From positions 4,640,001 to 4,704,000 of the forward strand of contig CAXXLZ010000002.1 of the NCBI GenBank assembly GCA_963675595.2: a stretch of DNA of 64,000 nucleotides, in the 5' to 3' direction. The notes below the pieces were generated by a model. It was not told the DNA's origin. It saw only the letters and a program-made list of their open reading frames with translations, and did not search any database. The DNA comes from Thermodesulfobacteriota bacterium. GTDB taxonomy: Bacteria > Desulfobacterota > Desulfarculia > JACQYL01. Shown piece after piece: positions 41,302-52,120 of the stretch (positions are counted from its first letter, which is position 1; every line of letters begins with the position of its first letter). Made by a program: the position numbers and the translations under genes.

Positions 41302-42369
41302 CTACAAACAGGAGGGATTGACGTTAAGGGTAAAACGGGTCTTGTACCCATGGACCTTATTGTAGGGGTGGAAGGGATCCCCTTGAAGGGTCGGAAACAC
41401 CTCTCTCAGTTTCTTTCGGATCTGGGACACCCATTTCTTGACTTTCTCGGGACTTGAGAACGCCCCTGTTGAATCCTGGAACACAATTTCTCCGTGGTGC
41501 TCGGCAAATGCACGGAGTATCCTCCAAAGCTTTGAAGGCTGGTATTCCGGGGAGTCTGCTCTTCTCAAATCGCTGAAGCCCATCTCATCAAATGATCGGT
41601 GTTCGGTGTTTCCGGGATACCTGATCTGTACGGTGTGTTCATTCACAAAGGAAATAACGATTTGGTTCCAGCCCGTACCTTCCGGCACGGCAATCGGTAT
41701 GATATCCTGCCTCACCCTGCTTTTTGCGGACAGCAGTTCCGCCAACTCACGAGTATCCAACCCCAACCCATCCTCCGAGGGCATTAGTATATGCAACAGG
41801 GGAATGGCGACGCCCTGCTTCATTTCCTGAGGTCCCGGCTGTCCGGCTGCGACGAGAAAGAAAGGATGGGGATATTGTTCAACCAGGCCGGACTCAAGGG
41901 CCAGATCCATGGACTCGTTGTTGATAATAAAGAAGGCGGACTGTCTTTTTCGGTTGATGACCAGCGAGCCAAGATAATAGGCCCGTTTCTGAATGATTTC
42001 ATCAGGGGGTTGGCCGGTACCAAGAGCCGATGCCAATAGGGTTGCAAAGCGGGGAATATCGATCTGCCATTGCGCAAGGATTGCCGGATCGATCGATACA
42101 CGGCCCGTGTCCTCCCGCTTGTCGCAGACAATGAATAAACGGGGTGGGCGGCCGTCCTCGGTGGGAAAAACGTGAACCGGCATCAGACAGGCGTCTTCGC
42201 AACCGGGACACTCAACAATTCTTGCCGGGGACGCTCTCTTGAGTAGCCCGAGTCGCGTATAGGCCGCAATTTCTTCCTTGGGCCAGGCAGCCGGATGATC
42301 GGCGGAGAGAATTTCTGCCCCTTCTCTCCGGCCGACAGCTGCGAAATGTTTCAGGATTAGTTCGAACAT
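41302..42369 (-). CDS. Hypothetical protein, N-terminal Cys motif and putative C-terminal winged helix
   Basis: CPGCEDAC..IVCD; C-terminal LWRILRAFA..GEI..KKWVSQIRKKL..GYKTRF. Confidence 0.7.
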   Translation of the reverse strand: MFELILKHFAAVGRREGAEILSADHPAAWPKEEIAAYTRLGLLKRASPARIVECPGCEDACLMPVHVFPTEDGRPPRLFIVCDKREDTGRVSIDPAILAQWQIDIPRFATLLASALGTGQPPDEIIQKRAYYLGSLVINRKRQSAFFIINNESMDLALESGLVEQYPHPFFLVAAGQPGPQEMKQGVAIPLLHILMPSEDGLGLDTRELAELLSAKSRVRQDIIPIAVPEGTGWNQIVISFVNEHTVQIRYPGNTEHRSFDEMGFSDLRRADSPEYQPSKLWRILRAFAEHHGEIVFQDSTGAFSSPEKVKKWVSQIRKKLREVFPTLQGDPFHPYNKVHGYKTRFTLNVNPSCL

Positions 42370-43622
42370 TCAGCAACGGTATGGGTACATGGTTCCGCCG
42401 GGTACGGGTACCCTTCTTGTCCCGCTTCCGCGAGCCGGCCTTCCTCCCAGGTTTCTTCCCCGGGCTCAAGGCCGGAGGCCGCCAGCATCTCCCTGATGAT
42501 CAGATCCCGGCCGTCCTGTCTCAGGTTGCAGGAGTTTGGATAGCTGATGTCAAGGCTCCGGGTCTTTCCTTTCAACGATCCGGGAGCGGGACTGAAGAAA
42601 ACTCTCAAGCCCACCTGCGTGACATTATACTCAGACAGGGGCATCGACTCGTTATGGATTTTGTCCAGCAGGTCATACACCGCATCGGGATTATAGGTCG
42701 GGTCCGCCTCCAGGATGATTCGCTCGTTCTTTTTCAGCATATTCGACAGTCGTAGCTTACGAACCCGCACGTCCTCGATGCCGCTTGCGGGATCGAAAAC
42801 AAACTGAAAATTACGATGCTTCAGCGGATTGAGATGATAGACTTTTTCGTCTTTCTCATCCGGTCCGAGCCCGGTCTTCAGAATCGTTTCCGCGAACAAC
42901 CGTTGCAGGTCGGCGATCGCTTTTTTGACCCCGCGCATAAAAATATCCAGAGTGCCGTTGGACTGTGAATAGACGAAAATAACTTCAAAGGCGGGTGTCC
43001 GGGGTGGCCGGGCAAATTCGTTGTCAATCCATTCAATGCTTGCCTGAGTGTAGTCCTCGGGATAGGCGAAAAAATAGTCAAGTTCATTCCGACGATAGGG
43101 CTCTACCTTGCAGTTTTTGCCTTTACCCTCCTCATGGTAAAAATACCTGCTGATCGCCTGCTCCAATCGCGCAATATCCCTCGCTTCAACCAAGGCCGGC
43201 TTTTTCGGGAGATTCTTCCGCTTTCGCCAATAGGATGCCGGAATGCTGTCGGCATGGTGAAACTGGAAAGCACCCCGCCAGTAATCCGGCCGGTTCATGA
43301 ACACCCAGAAGGCTCGATCATGGTGATTCTTCAACGCAGAAAGAATCGGCCCCAGTTCTTCCTCATGCCAGGCGGCCTCGTCGAGAAATGCTTTGACGGC
43401 CCCCTCGGTTGCCATGAAATCTATCGCCCGGAAATCCTTTTCCATCTCGTTGCGCTCTTTTTCCGGCAGCGCAAGCCAGGCTTCATAGACTGATTCGATT
43501 CTTGTTTCCGTAAGTTCCTGGAAGTTGATTTCCTCAAGCACGCCTTTTTCTTTGAAATACCGGGCGAGCAGATTGTTGGGGGCCTGCCGAAAAAAACGTT
43601 GCGGGTTGTACTGTCGGGCCAT
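42357..43622 (-). CDS. Hypothetical protein coupled to the downstream winged-helix gene
   Basis: 421-aa ORF starting MARQYNPQRFFRQ after GAGGGG RBS; 13-nt overlap with next gene. Confidence 0.75.
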   Translation of the reverse strand: MARQYNPQRFFRQAPNNLLARYFKEKGVLEEINFQELTETRIESVYEAWLALPEKERNEMEKDFRAIDFMATEGAVKAFLDEAAWHEEELGPILSALKNHHDRAFWVFMNRPDYWRGAFQFHHADSIPASYWRKRKNLPKKPALVEARDIARLEQAISRYFYHEEGKGKNCKVEPYRRNELDYFFAYPEDYTQASIEWIDNEFARPPRTPAFEVIFVYSQSNGTLDIFMRGVKKAIADLQRLFAETILKTGLGPDEKDEKVYHLNPLKHRNFQFVFDPASGIEDVRVRKLRLSNMLKKNERIILEADPTYNPDAVYDLLDKIHNESMPLSEYNVTQVGLRVFFSPAPGSLKGKTRSLDISYPNSCNLRQDGRDLIIREMLAASGLEPGEETWEEGRLAEAGQEGYPYPAEPCTHTVAECSN

Positions 43623-43662
43623 GGGTACCCCTCGTCTAAGTTGAATGAGATATTGTCGGCGA

Positions 43663-45000
43663 CTAACCGGAAAACTCAAACAGGGACTTTTGATTATTTT
43701 GTTCGTAGCCGTCCTGGTAGTCGCGTACTTCGATGTCAAACCTCTCAAGGGTCTCGACAAAATCATCTTTTACCAGCAGTTCGTCAGAGATGTCGTAGTA
43801 ATCAAATTCAACATGGATCAGGTCGATCATTTGCTGGGCCTTCGGGAAATTGAGCCGATGATCCACATAGGTCTCAACAGCCTGTTTAACGGCTTCGTCT
43901 TCCGAGATTTTTCCGCTCTGCATTTGTCGATACAGTGTCTTGTCGTTCGCAAAGAGTTGGCCCCAGCATCCATTTTCTTCCATGGCCTGAGGACATAGAT
44001 GGTCAATGAGGGCTGTCCGGCTTTCCTTCAGCAGATACACAAGGCTCTTCCGGAGCGGATTCTTGTCTTGACTCTCATCGCCTTTTCCCTCACTCACCAA
44101 ACCATCCATGAGTTCATACATCAGGAAAGCGATACAGTTTTCAAGTGGTCGAATGCTCTTCAGTTCAATCAGGGTTCCATAGCGCCTCGCATCAAAAGTA
44201 TGTTTGGCGGTGACATCACCGGCTTGCATGAGAAAATGATTGATCGCCACCAAGTTCTCCACATCTTCGCGGGTCAGAACATTCCAGCTGCTTTTCAGCC
44301 GAAGATTGGTCTTTGGAAACATATTGTTGAAAGGACGCAGGGAGATGGACTTGTTCTTGATCCTGACGCCGTGCAAGGCCATTTTAAGCAGCTTGTACTT
44401 ATTCCGGTAAAATGTGGTCTTCCGCAGCTCTGCCGGGTCAACAGGCGGGTTCTCTTCGAGCACGGAGAGGGTTGTCTCAATCTCCTGTTCAATCTCTTCC
44501 GAGGCTTTCTGAATTACCGGACAGGTCTGAATGGCGATATTCATCCCTTCGATGTTGATTTCAATCGGTTCCCCCTCAATCTGCCTCAACAGACTCTTGG
44601 CCATGCCACTCCCGCCAATAAAGCCGTTTGGGAAATCGATGTGTTCCGAAACCTCTTCCCAGGATAAGGCCGCCGGTGAATACACCATGACTGCATCATC
44701 AACAATGATAATAGCCAACCTGATATAATTGGCGCTCTGGACATTGAGCCGATCGAGACTCTTGTTTATCAGCTCAAGGGCGGCCTGTTCACCGAATCCA
44801 TAACGGACGGTGTTCTCGGAGGTATCCACATAAAGATCACAGTGCACACCTTTCTTTACCAACTCCAAAAGCTTTTCGATCTCATCAACAAAGTAGCCGG
44901 CCTTGGCGATAACGATCCGGTTCCGGGCTTCTCCAAGAAAAGAAAGAACACTTTCCTTTGTCACTTTGACGAACTGAACAGCAGCGGCTTCTCCCTTCAC
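43663..45000 (-). CDS. Hypothetical protein with degenerate PLD-like N-terminal domain
   Basis: FLGEARNRIVIA..GVHCDLYVD..IRLAIIIVDD..VYS follows PLD topology but lacks HxK. Confidence 0.65.
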   Translation of the reverse strand: MKGEAAAVQFVKVTKESVLSFLGEARNRIVIAKAGYFVDEIEKLLELVKKGVHCDLYVDTSENTVRYGFGEQAALELINKSLDRLNVQSANYIRLAIIIVDDAVMVYSPAALSWEEVSEHIDFPNGFIGGSGMAKSLLRQIEGEPIEINIEGMNIAIQTCPVIQKASEEIEQEIETTLSVLEENPPVDPAELRKTTFYRNKYKLLKMALHGVRIKNKSISLRPFNNMFPKTNLRLKSSWNVLTREDVENLVAINHFLMQAGDVTAKHTFDARRYGTLIELKSIRPLENCIAFLMYELMDGLVSEGKGDESQDKNPLRKSLVYLLKESRTALIDHLCPQAMEENGCWGQLFANDKTLYRQMQSGKISEDEAVKQAVETYVDHRLNFPKAQQMIDLIHVEFDYYDISDELLVKDDFVETLERFDIEVRDYQDGYEQNNQKSLFEFSG

Positions 45001-45013
45001 CTGCGCCCCCGTA

Positions 45014-46822
45014 TCAATTTGATCCCGGCATGTCCCACGTTTTCCTTGCGATATTTGTCAGCATCTTCTGCCTCTGTTCAATACTGCTTGAATCCCACAC
45101 ACCAAACTGGACGAGATCCTGAACCGCTCTGTTGAGCTGTGTGTCCGACCCGACATGTGGCTTCTCCACCAGCGATTTTGTTAGAAGGAACGACGACTGG
45201 AGATAGCCGGGTCGTTTCTCGGCGTAGCCCCGGTTCGAGATGCTCGTGTTGATCGTCTTTTCCAACAGTGTCAGGTTTCCCAGTTTGAGTTTGTAGTCGT
45301 GATACTCCGCCGGTTTGTCGAAACCGTTCAGGACGTCCTCTTCAGGCTGTTGCGGAAGGATATGCTCGACATGCACGGATGAATTCATATAGCCGTCCAG
45401 CTCTGTGAATTTCGGATTACCCCACGCATTCTCCTCGATGAACTGCGTAAGCTTGGCAAGAATATACCGCATCCGATACTGCTGAATGCTTGCTTGGTTG
45501 AGCTCGCTGAAGGCAAAGTCAAAGGGACTGCTTCTTTTGGTCATTTCGGGGATCATATTTTCCTTCAGAAACGCGTCCAGGCCTTTCTCATCTTGAATGC
45601 CTTTGAGCCCCAGCGCCCAACGTGCGAAATTTCTCTCAAGGGTCTTTGACTGCTCGCGAGTGATGATATAGCAGAACAGAAGATTTTCAATGGCGCGGCA
45701 AAGCTTGTCAAATAGAGGCTTCGCCAGATTCCGGCCTGCGAGTAGCAGGATATAATGCTGCCTCAGAGCACCGCCCAGAAGGGATAGATTGCGGAGATAC
45801 CGATTTGCGACGCCCTTCGGATTCTTGGATTCCGAGAAGTAGGCATATGCCTCGGCGCATCCTATGAGCACATCTGCAAACCCTGTAGGATCTGTGTCAA
45901 TCCCGCAGGCGGTCGAATTATTCACAAACCATTGATAGATTTCGTCTTCCCTGATACCCCGATGATGATCAATCTGGTGGTGAGCCATGATGTAATACCG
46001 CAGAAACCGCAATGGCTTCTCTTGGCAACGATCAAGAGTGTCGATCAGCCTTTTCCAACGCTCTTTGAGTTTCGGGTAGTCCTTGTTGTCGGTCTTCATG
46101 AACAGCAGATTCTTCAACAGGTCCATGGCGTTCAATCCGACGCCGCGGTCGTTGATGGTCTCAAAGACCTTCAAGGCATTAGCGATGTTCGGGGTCAAGA
46201 TACGAATCAACTTGATTCGGTTCGTGAAAGCGACGAGGAACCTTTTGATCCTGCTTGGATCATTCTGGAGGTTGATGCGATAAAAGTCGCGGATGTCCCT
46301 GAGGGCCGCCAGAATTCTTTTCACTGATCGTGTTGTCTCCGGGAGGGAGTCGATGGACTGTCCGCTCGTGACAATCTTTTCAAGAATCCCGTCGCTGTCC
46401 TGGTATTGCAGGGTGAGCCGCTGCCGCTCCACGTCCTCGCCCGTTCTTGAATCCGAATAGACGTCCGAAATCTGACCGAGGAGCACCCGAGTGGGTTCAT
46501 CGCCCGCTTGCTTCAAGGCATCCCTTGCGGCACACAAGATAAGATATATCGTGGTCAAGCGTTGCTGCCCGTCAATGAGCTGGAAGATGTTGTCCGACCT
46601 GTCCTTGCAGGCAACGATACTGCCGAGGAAATACTCCGGGCCTTCGATGATTTCGCCTTTCTCGTTATAAAACTCGTCGAGAATATCCTGAAGCAGCTTC
46701 TCCACCTGATCCCTCTCCCAGACGTATTCCCGCTGAAAATCGGGTACGGTATAGAAATCCTTGAGTATTTGAGAGATGGTCAGGTCGTCGGATTCAATTC
46801 TAAACACATTGGATTCGGGCAT
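45014..46822 (-). CDS. DUF262-DUF1524 (GmrSD/SspE-like) nuclease
   Basis: VPDFQREYVW, IDGQQRLTT, FETINDRG, VEHILPQ, LGNLTLL..N. Confidence 0.92.
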   Translation of the reverse strand: MPESNVFRIESDDLTISQILKDFYTVPDFQREYVWERDQVEKLLQDILDEFYNEKGEIIEGPEYFLGSIVACKDRSDNIFQLIDGQQRLTTIYLILCAARDALKQAGDEPTRVLLGQISDVYSDSRTGEDVERQRLTLQYQDSDGILEKIVTSGQSIDSLPETTRSVKRILAALRDIRDFYRINLQNDPSRIKRFLVAFTNRIKLIRILTPNIANALKVFETINDRGVGLNAMDLLKNLLFMKTDNKDYPKLKERWKRLIDTLDRCQEKPLRFLRYYIMAHHQIDHHRGIREDEIYQWFVNNSTACGIDTDPTGFADVLIGCAEAYAYFSESKNPKGVANRYLRNLSLLGGALRQHYILLLAGRNLAKPLFDKLCRAIENLLFCYIITREQSKTLERNFARWALGLKGIQDEKGLDAFLKENMIPEMTKRSSPFDFAFSELNQASIQQYRMRYILAKLTQFIEENAWGNPKFTELDGYMNSSVHVEHILPQQPEEDVLNGFDKPAEYHDYKLKLGNLTLLEKTINTSISNRGYAEKRPGYLQSSFLLTKSLVEKPHVGSDTQLNRAVQDLVQFGVWDSSSIEQRQKMLTNIARKTWDMPGSN

Positions 46823-46825
46823 TCT

Positions 46826-47737
46826 TCATCCTCCGAGGGTGCCGGTTATGATGAGCGGATACGCCGCCAAGTCGAAGGCCGGGCTTGCAGGGTCGTATTG
46901 CCCGCAGCGAAGATGGTACTGGTCGATGTCCAGGCGGGCGAGGTCGTCGGTCTCACCGTCCGCGCCGGCATCGAGGCCGTGATGGAAGGAAACCCCTCCG
47001 AGATCGGTCAGGATATAGCGGTTATGCAGCCTCTGACCGCCCGGCCTTTGGCACCACTGGTATAGAGTGACTTGAAGTCCGTTAGGAATGAGTTTCTGAA
47101 AGGAACTCCGTAAGAAATTCGTCGTGCCGGCATGCAGGCCGGTATGAATCTCGATGAATTCCAGCGGACCGACGGGTCTTTCGTCTCCCAGGATGTCGAA
47201 AAAGGCGCGCAACGACCGCTGATAATTTGGCCTGCCTGGTGATATATGCGGGTCGACGAACTTCACCCACCGGCAGCAGGCAAGCATGTGCCGCACGGCC
47301 GCCGCCATCTCCTGAGCCTCGCGGTTGACCGTGATGCCGTGCGGGTTATCCCACCCCGGACAGGGAGGGTCGCCAAGCCCGTCCTCGCAGAGTATTTCCG
47401 GCCGGGCAGCCGGGTTATTACGGGCCAATATGGCGCGGAAAGGATGGCGGGCATGTTCCTGGGCGGCGTTGTCCAACCAAGTTCTGTTCTCGTCCCAAAC
47501 ACACTCTTTCCGCTTGATCATGGTCTGCTGAAGGCGTGCCAGCAGTTCCTCCAGCCGTTTCCTTTCCATCTCGCTGCCGCCTGCAAAGGAGTCCCAGACT
47601 TTCTTGGCCCATTTCTTCGGGTAACGGGAGACAAGCCGCCCCTGACCGGTGCCGAACTCCCGGATGAAATAGCGGTGGTTTAGCCGGTCGCCCCAGGTGG
47701 CGACCATTTCCGGCTCAAGAGCATACTCGGCGATCAT
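46826..47737 (-). CDS. Hypothetical protein with C-terminal HNR (PLD/MIT_C-like) putative nuclease motif
   Basis: VKFVDPH..LHNRYILTD.GGVSF..GLD; 4-nt overlap with upstream ATPase. Confidence 0.65.
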   Translation of the reverse strand: MIAEYALEPEMVATWGDRLNHRYFIREFGTGQGRLVSRYPKKWAKKVWDSFAGGSEMERKRLEELLARLQQTMIKRKECVWDENRTWLDNAAQEHARHPFRAILARNNPAARPEILCEDGLGDPPCPGWDNPHGITVNREAQEMAAAVRHMLACCRWVKFVDPHISPGRPNYQRSLRAFFDILGDERPVGPLEFIEIHTGLHAGTTNFLRSSFQKLIPNGLQVTLYQWCQRPGGQRLHNRYILTDLGGVSFHHGLDAGADGETDDLARLDIDQYHLRCGQYDPASPAFDLAAYPLIITGTLGG

Positions 47738-49377
47738 GAGAAAAGCTCCTTGGCCCGCTCGGCAAAGAAGCCCTTCGGCCAGCGGTCGACAAAATCACCG
47801 TCTTCGTCCACCCGGATGGGAGTGCAGGTGATGCCGTTCTCACCCTGCTCAACGAAATAGATGGAGAGTTCGGCCGGGCTCAGCGACAGATTCCCCGGGG
47901 CCTCCTGTTCGCCGGTCTCTCGAATCCGGCGCAGGAAACGAAGCATCAGGTGCTCGGAGTGGGTTTCCAGGATAAAGGTGAGGTCCGGGCGCAGCCGTGT
48001 CTGCTCGATGAAAAGGTCCCCCAGGGCCACCTGAATGGCGGGGTGGGTGTGCAGCTCGGGTTGCTCGACGACCAACATTCCGGTCTTCTGGTGCAGGGAG
48101 GCCACCACCACCGGCAGGACCTGGGAGATGCCGACGCCGATGTCCTGGGGGACAAGCTCGATGTTGCGGGCCTCGTCATGAATCAGCAGGCGGCGCAGAA
48201 TCGGCATTGCCAGCAGCTGTTCTCGAATATCCATGTCTTCGTCGAGAATGCGGCCCTGAAGCAGGGCCGGCATTAGCGGATGTTCTTCGTCCAATTCCCG
48301 GTATTTCTTCACCTTGACGCGATAGCCGGAATCAAGCCGTTCCTCGCCGGCCAGCCAGTCGTTTACCCGGTCGATAAAGGTCTCATCACTGAAAAACAGG
48401 GTGTCATAGGCAGCCAAGCCATTGGCCCAGCGGGAGGCATCGGGCGATGTGATGGGTCTGTGCCCGCGCTTGGGAACTTCTCGCAGGGGGCCGAGGTAGC
48501 AGAGCCTGCTCAAACCGTCCCTGACCAATTCGCCGGGACCGGTGATGAGCGAACTCAAGAGCTGAATGAAACTTCTTTCGTCCTCAAAGGTCACGTCCTT
48601 GTTCCACATGCTGTGATCCAACTTGAGCGGAACTCCCCATGCCGGCATGGCTGAGTCTTGCCCGGCCAATGCGATGTTCTTGGTGATTCCCGGCATCCCT
48701 CCTTCCGTATTCAGGAGCTCAAAGAGTCGAAGAAAAATCTCGCCAAAGGCTTCAATGGCTTCACCGTCGAGGCCTTCTCCTTGAAACAACTTTTTCAGGC
48801 GTCCTTTGGCCCCTTCAGGTGACGACTTACCAAGGAAAACCGGGTTAAAGGGCTCAATACGGGTCAGGTTGATCTGTTTGCCGTCCTCGGTCGTTTCGAT
48901 GATCGCCAGCGTTTCACCGTTGACTCCGACCTCATAGGCGGTGAGGAGAGGTCGCTCAATCAGGCCGCTCCAGCGCATCGTGATTTTAACCCAGGCGCTA
49001 TGAACTTCGGAAGGGATGGACCAGAGGTCTGGTTCCTGCCATTGCAGGAAACCGTAATCTTCATAACCTTCCAAGTAACGAGGCAGATCCTCTCCCGAAA
49101 GGTCGAGATCAAGGCGCAGGGTGACGGGAAGGGCCAAGTCATGGCCGTGGACCAGGGTCTCGAAGCCGCCCAGATCGATGGAGTCGCCGCCGAGCAGGGT
49201 CCTGTCCGGATTTAGGTTCCGGCGCTCGAAGATTTCTCGGGCATAGTGCAGGGCATGGATGATGGTGGACTTGCCTGCTGAGTTGGGACCGAAGAGCAAG
49301 GTGATGGGCTTCAACTCCACCCGCACCGGCTCTCGGATGCCCTTGAAATTCTCGATGGTGAGGGCGGTGATGGGCAT
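47734..49377 (-). CDS. ABC/AAA_21-type ATPase with C-terminal DUF3696
   Basis: IENFKGI, GPNSAGKS, YLGPLR, GVGISQVLP, EQPELHTHP, ETHSEH, DRWPKGFF. Confidence 0.9.
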   Translation of the reverse strand: MPITALTIENFKGIREPVRVELKPITLLFGPNSAGKSTIIHALHYAREIFERRNLNPDRTLLGGDSIDLGGFETLVHGHDLALPVTLRLDLDLSGEDLPRYLEGYEDYGFLQWQEPDLWSIPSEVHSAWVKITMRWSGLIERPLLTAYEVGVNGETLAIIETTEDGKQINLTRIEPFNPVFLGKSSPEGAKGRLKKLFQGEGLDGEAIEAFGEIFLRLFELLNTEGGMPGITKNIALAGQDSAMPAWGVPLKLDHSMWNKDVTFEDERSFIQLLSSLITGPGELVRDGLSRLCYLGPLREVPKRGHRPITSPDASRWANGLAAYDTLFFSDETFIDRVNDWLAGEERLDSGYRVKVKKYRELDEEHPLMPALLQGRILDEDMDIREQLLAMPILRRLLIHDEARNIELVPQDIGVGISQVLPVVVASLHQKTGMLVVEQPELHTHPAIQVALGDLFIEQTRLRPDLTFILETHSEHLMLRFLRRIRETGEQEAPGNLSLSPAELSIYFVEQGENGITCTPIRVDEDGDFVDRWPKGFFAERAKELFS

Positions 49378-50564
49378 TACAGTTCTCCTCGAAAGGCACG
49401 CTGGGTGAGGGAATTGAAAAGCCGACTTTTTTCATCCCCGATCCAAAATTGTTTCGATAGCAATTCCTTAATCTTGTTTCGTAAATTAACATATCGTTTC
49501 TGCTCATTCTTGCTAGGCAATGGAATGGGATATTCAGCGAGTTCAGTAATTTGAAGATGCTGTAAAGCATTTCCTTTTCCCATACTTTTAATTTTGTACT
49601 GAACTGGCGGAGTTGAAAGAAAACCTTCAAGGTAACTACTTTCTATTTTTGAAGAATCTGGTTTTATTAAAGCAACCGATTGGTTAATGCAAACTTCGTG
49701 GTCAAGATAAAAGACTGAACAACGACCTATTGTACCGTCCTTGGTTATCAAAATATCGCCTTTTTGTGGTTTTGATTTGTCTGTAAGTGCCTCGAATTGA
49801 TTCTTGTCAGCGAAGTTTACATTGTGTAAATCTATGGATCCCATATGGACATTTTTTGCAGTAATTATTGGAATACCTTTTTTGAGATGTTTCATAGGAC
49901 AAGTAAAACCGTAAGTTATTCTTGATGTAATATTCCTTAGTTGCACAGTCTGATATTTACTTCTATTACTTACCGGGTCCCCAAACATATCAAGGAAGGT
50001 GGCGCGGAGGAAATCGTCGGCGAGTTTGATGGCGGCTTGCCGTTTGCGGCGGATGGCGTCGGCCTTGTCCAGAATGGCCGCGATGCGTTTTTGCTCTTCC
50101 AGTGGTGGGAGGGGGATTTCTACTCTGCTAATGACTTCTTTTGAGACCTCTTTAAAGGTCGCACCGTTGCCGAGTTCCGCAATCCTGGGAGCCATCCACT
50201 TCATGCAGTGATACAAATACTCAGAATGAACTGTATCCCCAGGAACCAGACTTTTAAAACCCTGGTTAGTGCACATTTCACGACCGGTTAGCGCAACCAA
50301 GCCTATTGGTGCTCGTGAGCTGAAGAGAACAGACCCTTTCGGCAAAAGCGTAGCCGAACAACTCTTATGACCCGCTCTAGAAATATATTCAGGAGTGTCC
50401 TCTAAAATGGGACCGTCAAGGGCACTTATATCTTTGGGAGTTACCCAAGGAATATGGTTGTCCCAATACTCGGGAACATTCCGCCGAGGCGTTGCGCCTG
50501 AGACAATCTTGCAACACTCTCCAAGGGACACAATACGCCAATTTTTCGGCAAACTATGGGTCAT
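49377..50564 (-). CDS. hsdS: Type I restriction-modification specificity subunit
   Basis: Two TRDs, [39 protein letters not shown]. Confidence 0.95.
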   Translation of the reverse strand: MTHSLPKNWRIVSLGECCKIVSGATPRRNVPEYWDNHIPWVTPKDISALDGPILEDTPEYISRAGHKSCSATLLPKGSVLFSSRAPIGLVALTGREMCTNQGFKSLVPGDTVHSEYLYHCMKWMAPRIAELGNGATFKEVSKEVISRVEIPLPPLEEQKRIAAILDKADAIRRKRQAAIKLADDFLRATFLDMFGDPVSNRSKYQTVQLRNITSRITYGFTCPMKHLKKGIPIITAKNVHMGSIDLHNVNFADKNQFEALTDKSKPQKGDILITKDGTIGRCSVFYLDHEVCINQSVALIKPDSSKIESSYLEGFLSTPPVQYKIKSMGKGNALQHLQITELAEYPIPLPSKNEQKRYVNLRNKIKELLSKQFWIGDEKSRLFNSLTQRAFRGEL

Positions 50565-52120
50565 CCCAGCATCCCCCGCAGCTCTTCCATATCCGCCATA
50601 ATCTCCTTCTCCAAGTCCATCATCCTGTCGAGTATCTCCCGGGGCGGATCATACGCCTCTTCCTGGTAGACCGTTTCCTTGTAGCGGTTGATGGAGAGGT
50701 CGTACTTGTTTTCCCTGATGTCGGCGGTCGGCACAAAGAAATGCTTCCTGGTCCGGTCGGTGTCTTTCTTGGGGTCGCGCCGCCTCCAGCGCTCCAGCAT
50801 GTCCGGCAGGTCGTTGGTTTCCACCTCCGCACGTTTGTCGTCCAGGGAAAAGCCGTCCGCCTGTACGTCATAGAAAAACACGTCTTCGGTCCGACCGCCC
50901 TTGGTGAAGACAATGACGGCGGTGGACACCCCGGCATAGGGCTTGAACACCCCGGAGGGCAGTGAGATCACGGCCTCCAGCTGGTTGTCGTCCACCAGCA
51001 TTTTTCGGAGGGCCTGGTGGGCCTTGGAAGAGCCGAAAAGCACGCCGTCCGGTACAATGGTGGCGGATCTTCCGCCGGTCTTAAGCATCTTCAAGATCAG
51101 GGTCACGAAAAGCAGCTCGGTCTTCTTGGTCTTGACCTTTCTCAGGAGCGAGGGGTGGACGTCATCATAATCCAGGCTGCCCTTGAAGGGCGGATTGGCC
51201 ATTACCACGTCGAAATAGCTCTCGGCCTGTTTCGGGAAACGCTCCGGGAAGCTGTTGGAGAGCGTATCGGTGTAATGGATGTTCGGCGAGTCGACGTTAT
51301 GGAGCAACAGGTTCATAGCCGCGATGCGCAGCATGGTGGCGTCGAAGTCGAAACCGTGCAAAAGCCGGGACTCGATATGGTCACGGAAGGGCTCCAATTG
51401 GTCGCCGGGGTAGATGAGATTACCGTCCTCGTCCGGGTATTCCATGCCGGGGGTGGTGTACTCTTTCTGCAGGTAATGCATGGTCTGCACCAGGAAGCCG
51501 GCGGTGCCGCAGGCCGGGTCGCCGATCACCTCATCGGGCTTGGGATCGAGCATCTCCACCATCTTGGCGATGATGTGGCGAGGGGTGCGAAACTGTCCGG
51601 CAATGCCGGCGGTGGTCAGCTTGCTCAGCATGTACTCGTAAAGATCGCCCTTGGTGTCGCCTTTGGCGAGCGGCAGCTTGTCGATGGTGTTGACCGCAAT
51701 GACCAGCAGGCTCGGCTTCTGAATGAGAAGTTGGGCGTCTTTCATGTATTCGCCGAACTTGGCCCCGTCCATGGCCACGGTCTTGAAGTGGGGAAAGACG
51801 CCGTCGCGAACCACGCGGAGCATGTCTTCACCGCTCAAATGCTTGAGATTGGACCATCGCAAATCCTGCTCGGTTTTGACCAATCCCTCCAGGGCCTTGC
51901 GGCGGGCCTCGTCTTGAAGAGGCTTTTCACTGAAGATGCGGCGGAAGGGCTTGCCGGTGCGGGCCGCTTTCTTCTCCTCCCGAGACTCCCGGATGTCGAG
52001 CAGGCGGGCAAACATCAGAAAGGATATCTGCTCGATGACCGAAAGGGGGTTGGCGATGCCGCCGGACCAGAAATCATCCCAGAGTTTGTCTATATTGCTT
52101 CTCAGCCGGCCGTTGATCAT
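50561..52120 (-). CDS. hsdM: Type I restriction-modification N6-adenine methyltransferase
   Basis: [39 protein letters not shown]. Confidence 0.96.
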   Translation of the reverse strand: MINGRLRSNIDKLWDDFWSGGIANPLSVIEQISFLMFARLLDIRESREEKKAARTGKPFRRIFSEKPLQDEARRKALEGLVKTEQDLRWSNLKHLSGEDMLRVVRDGVFPHFKTVAMDGAKFGEYMKDAQLLIQKPSLLVIAVNTIDKLPLAKGDTKGDLYEYMLSKLTTAGIAGQFRTPRHIIAKMVEMLDPKPDEVIGDPACGTAGFLVQTMHYLQKEYTTPGMEYPDEDGNLIYPGDQLEPFRDHIESRLLHGFDFDATMLRIAAMNLLLHNVDSPNIHYTDTLSNSFPERFPKQAESYFDVVMANPPFKGSLDYDDVHPSLLRKVKTKKTELLFVTLILKMLKTGGRSATIVPDGVLFGSSKAHQALRKMLVDDNQLEAVISLPSGVFKPYAGVSTAVIVFTKGGRTEDVFFYDVQADGFSLDDKRAEVETNDLPDMLERWRRRDPKKDTDRTRKHFFVPTADIRENKYDLSINRYKETVYQEEAYDPPREILDRMMDLEKEIMADMEELRGMLG

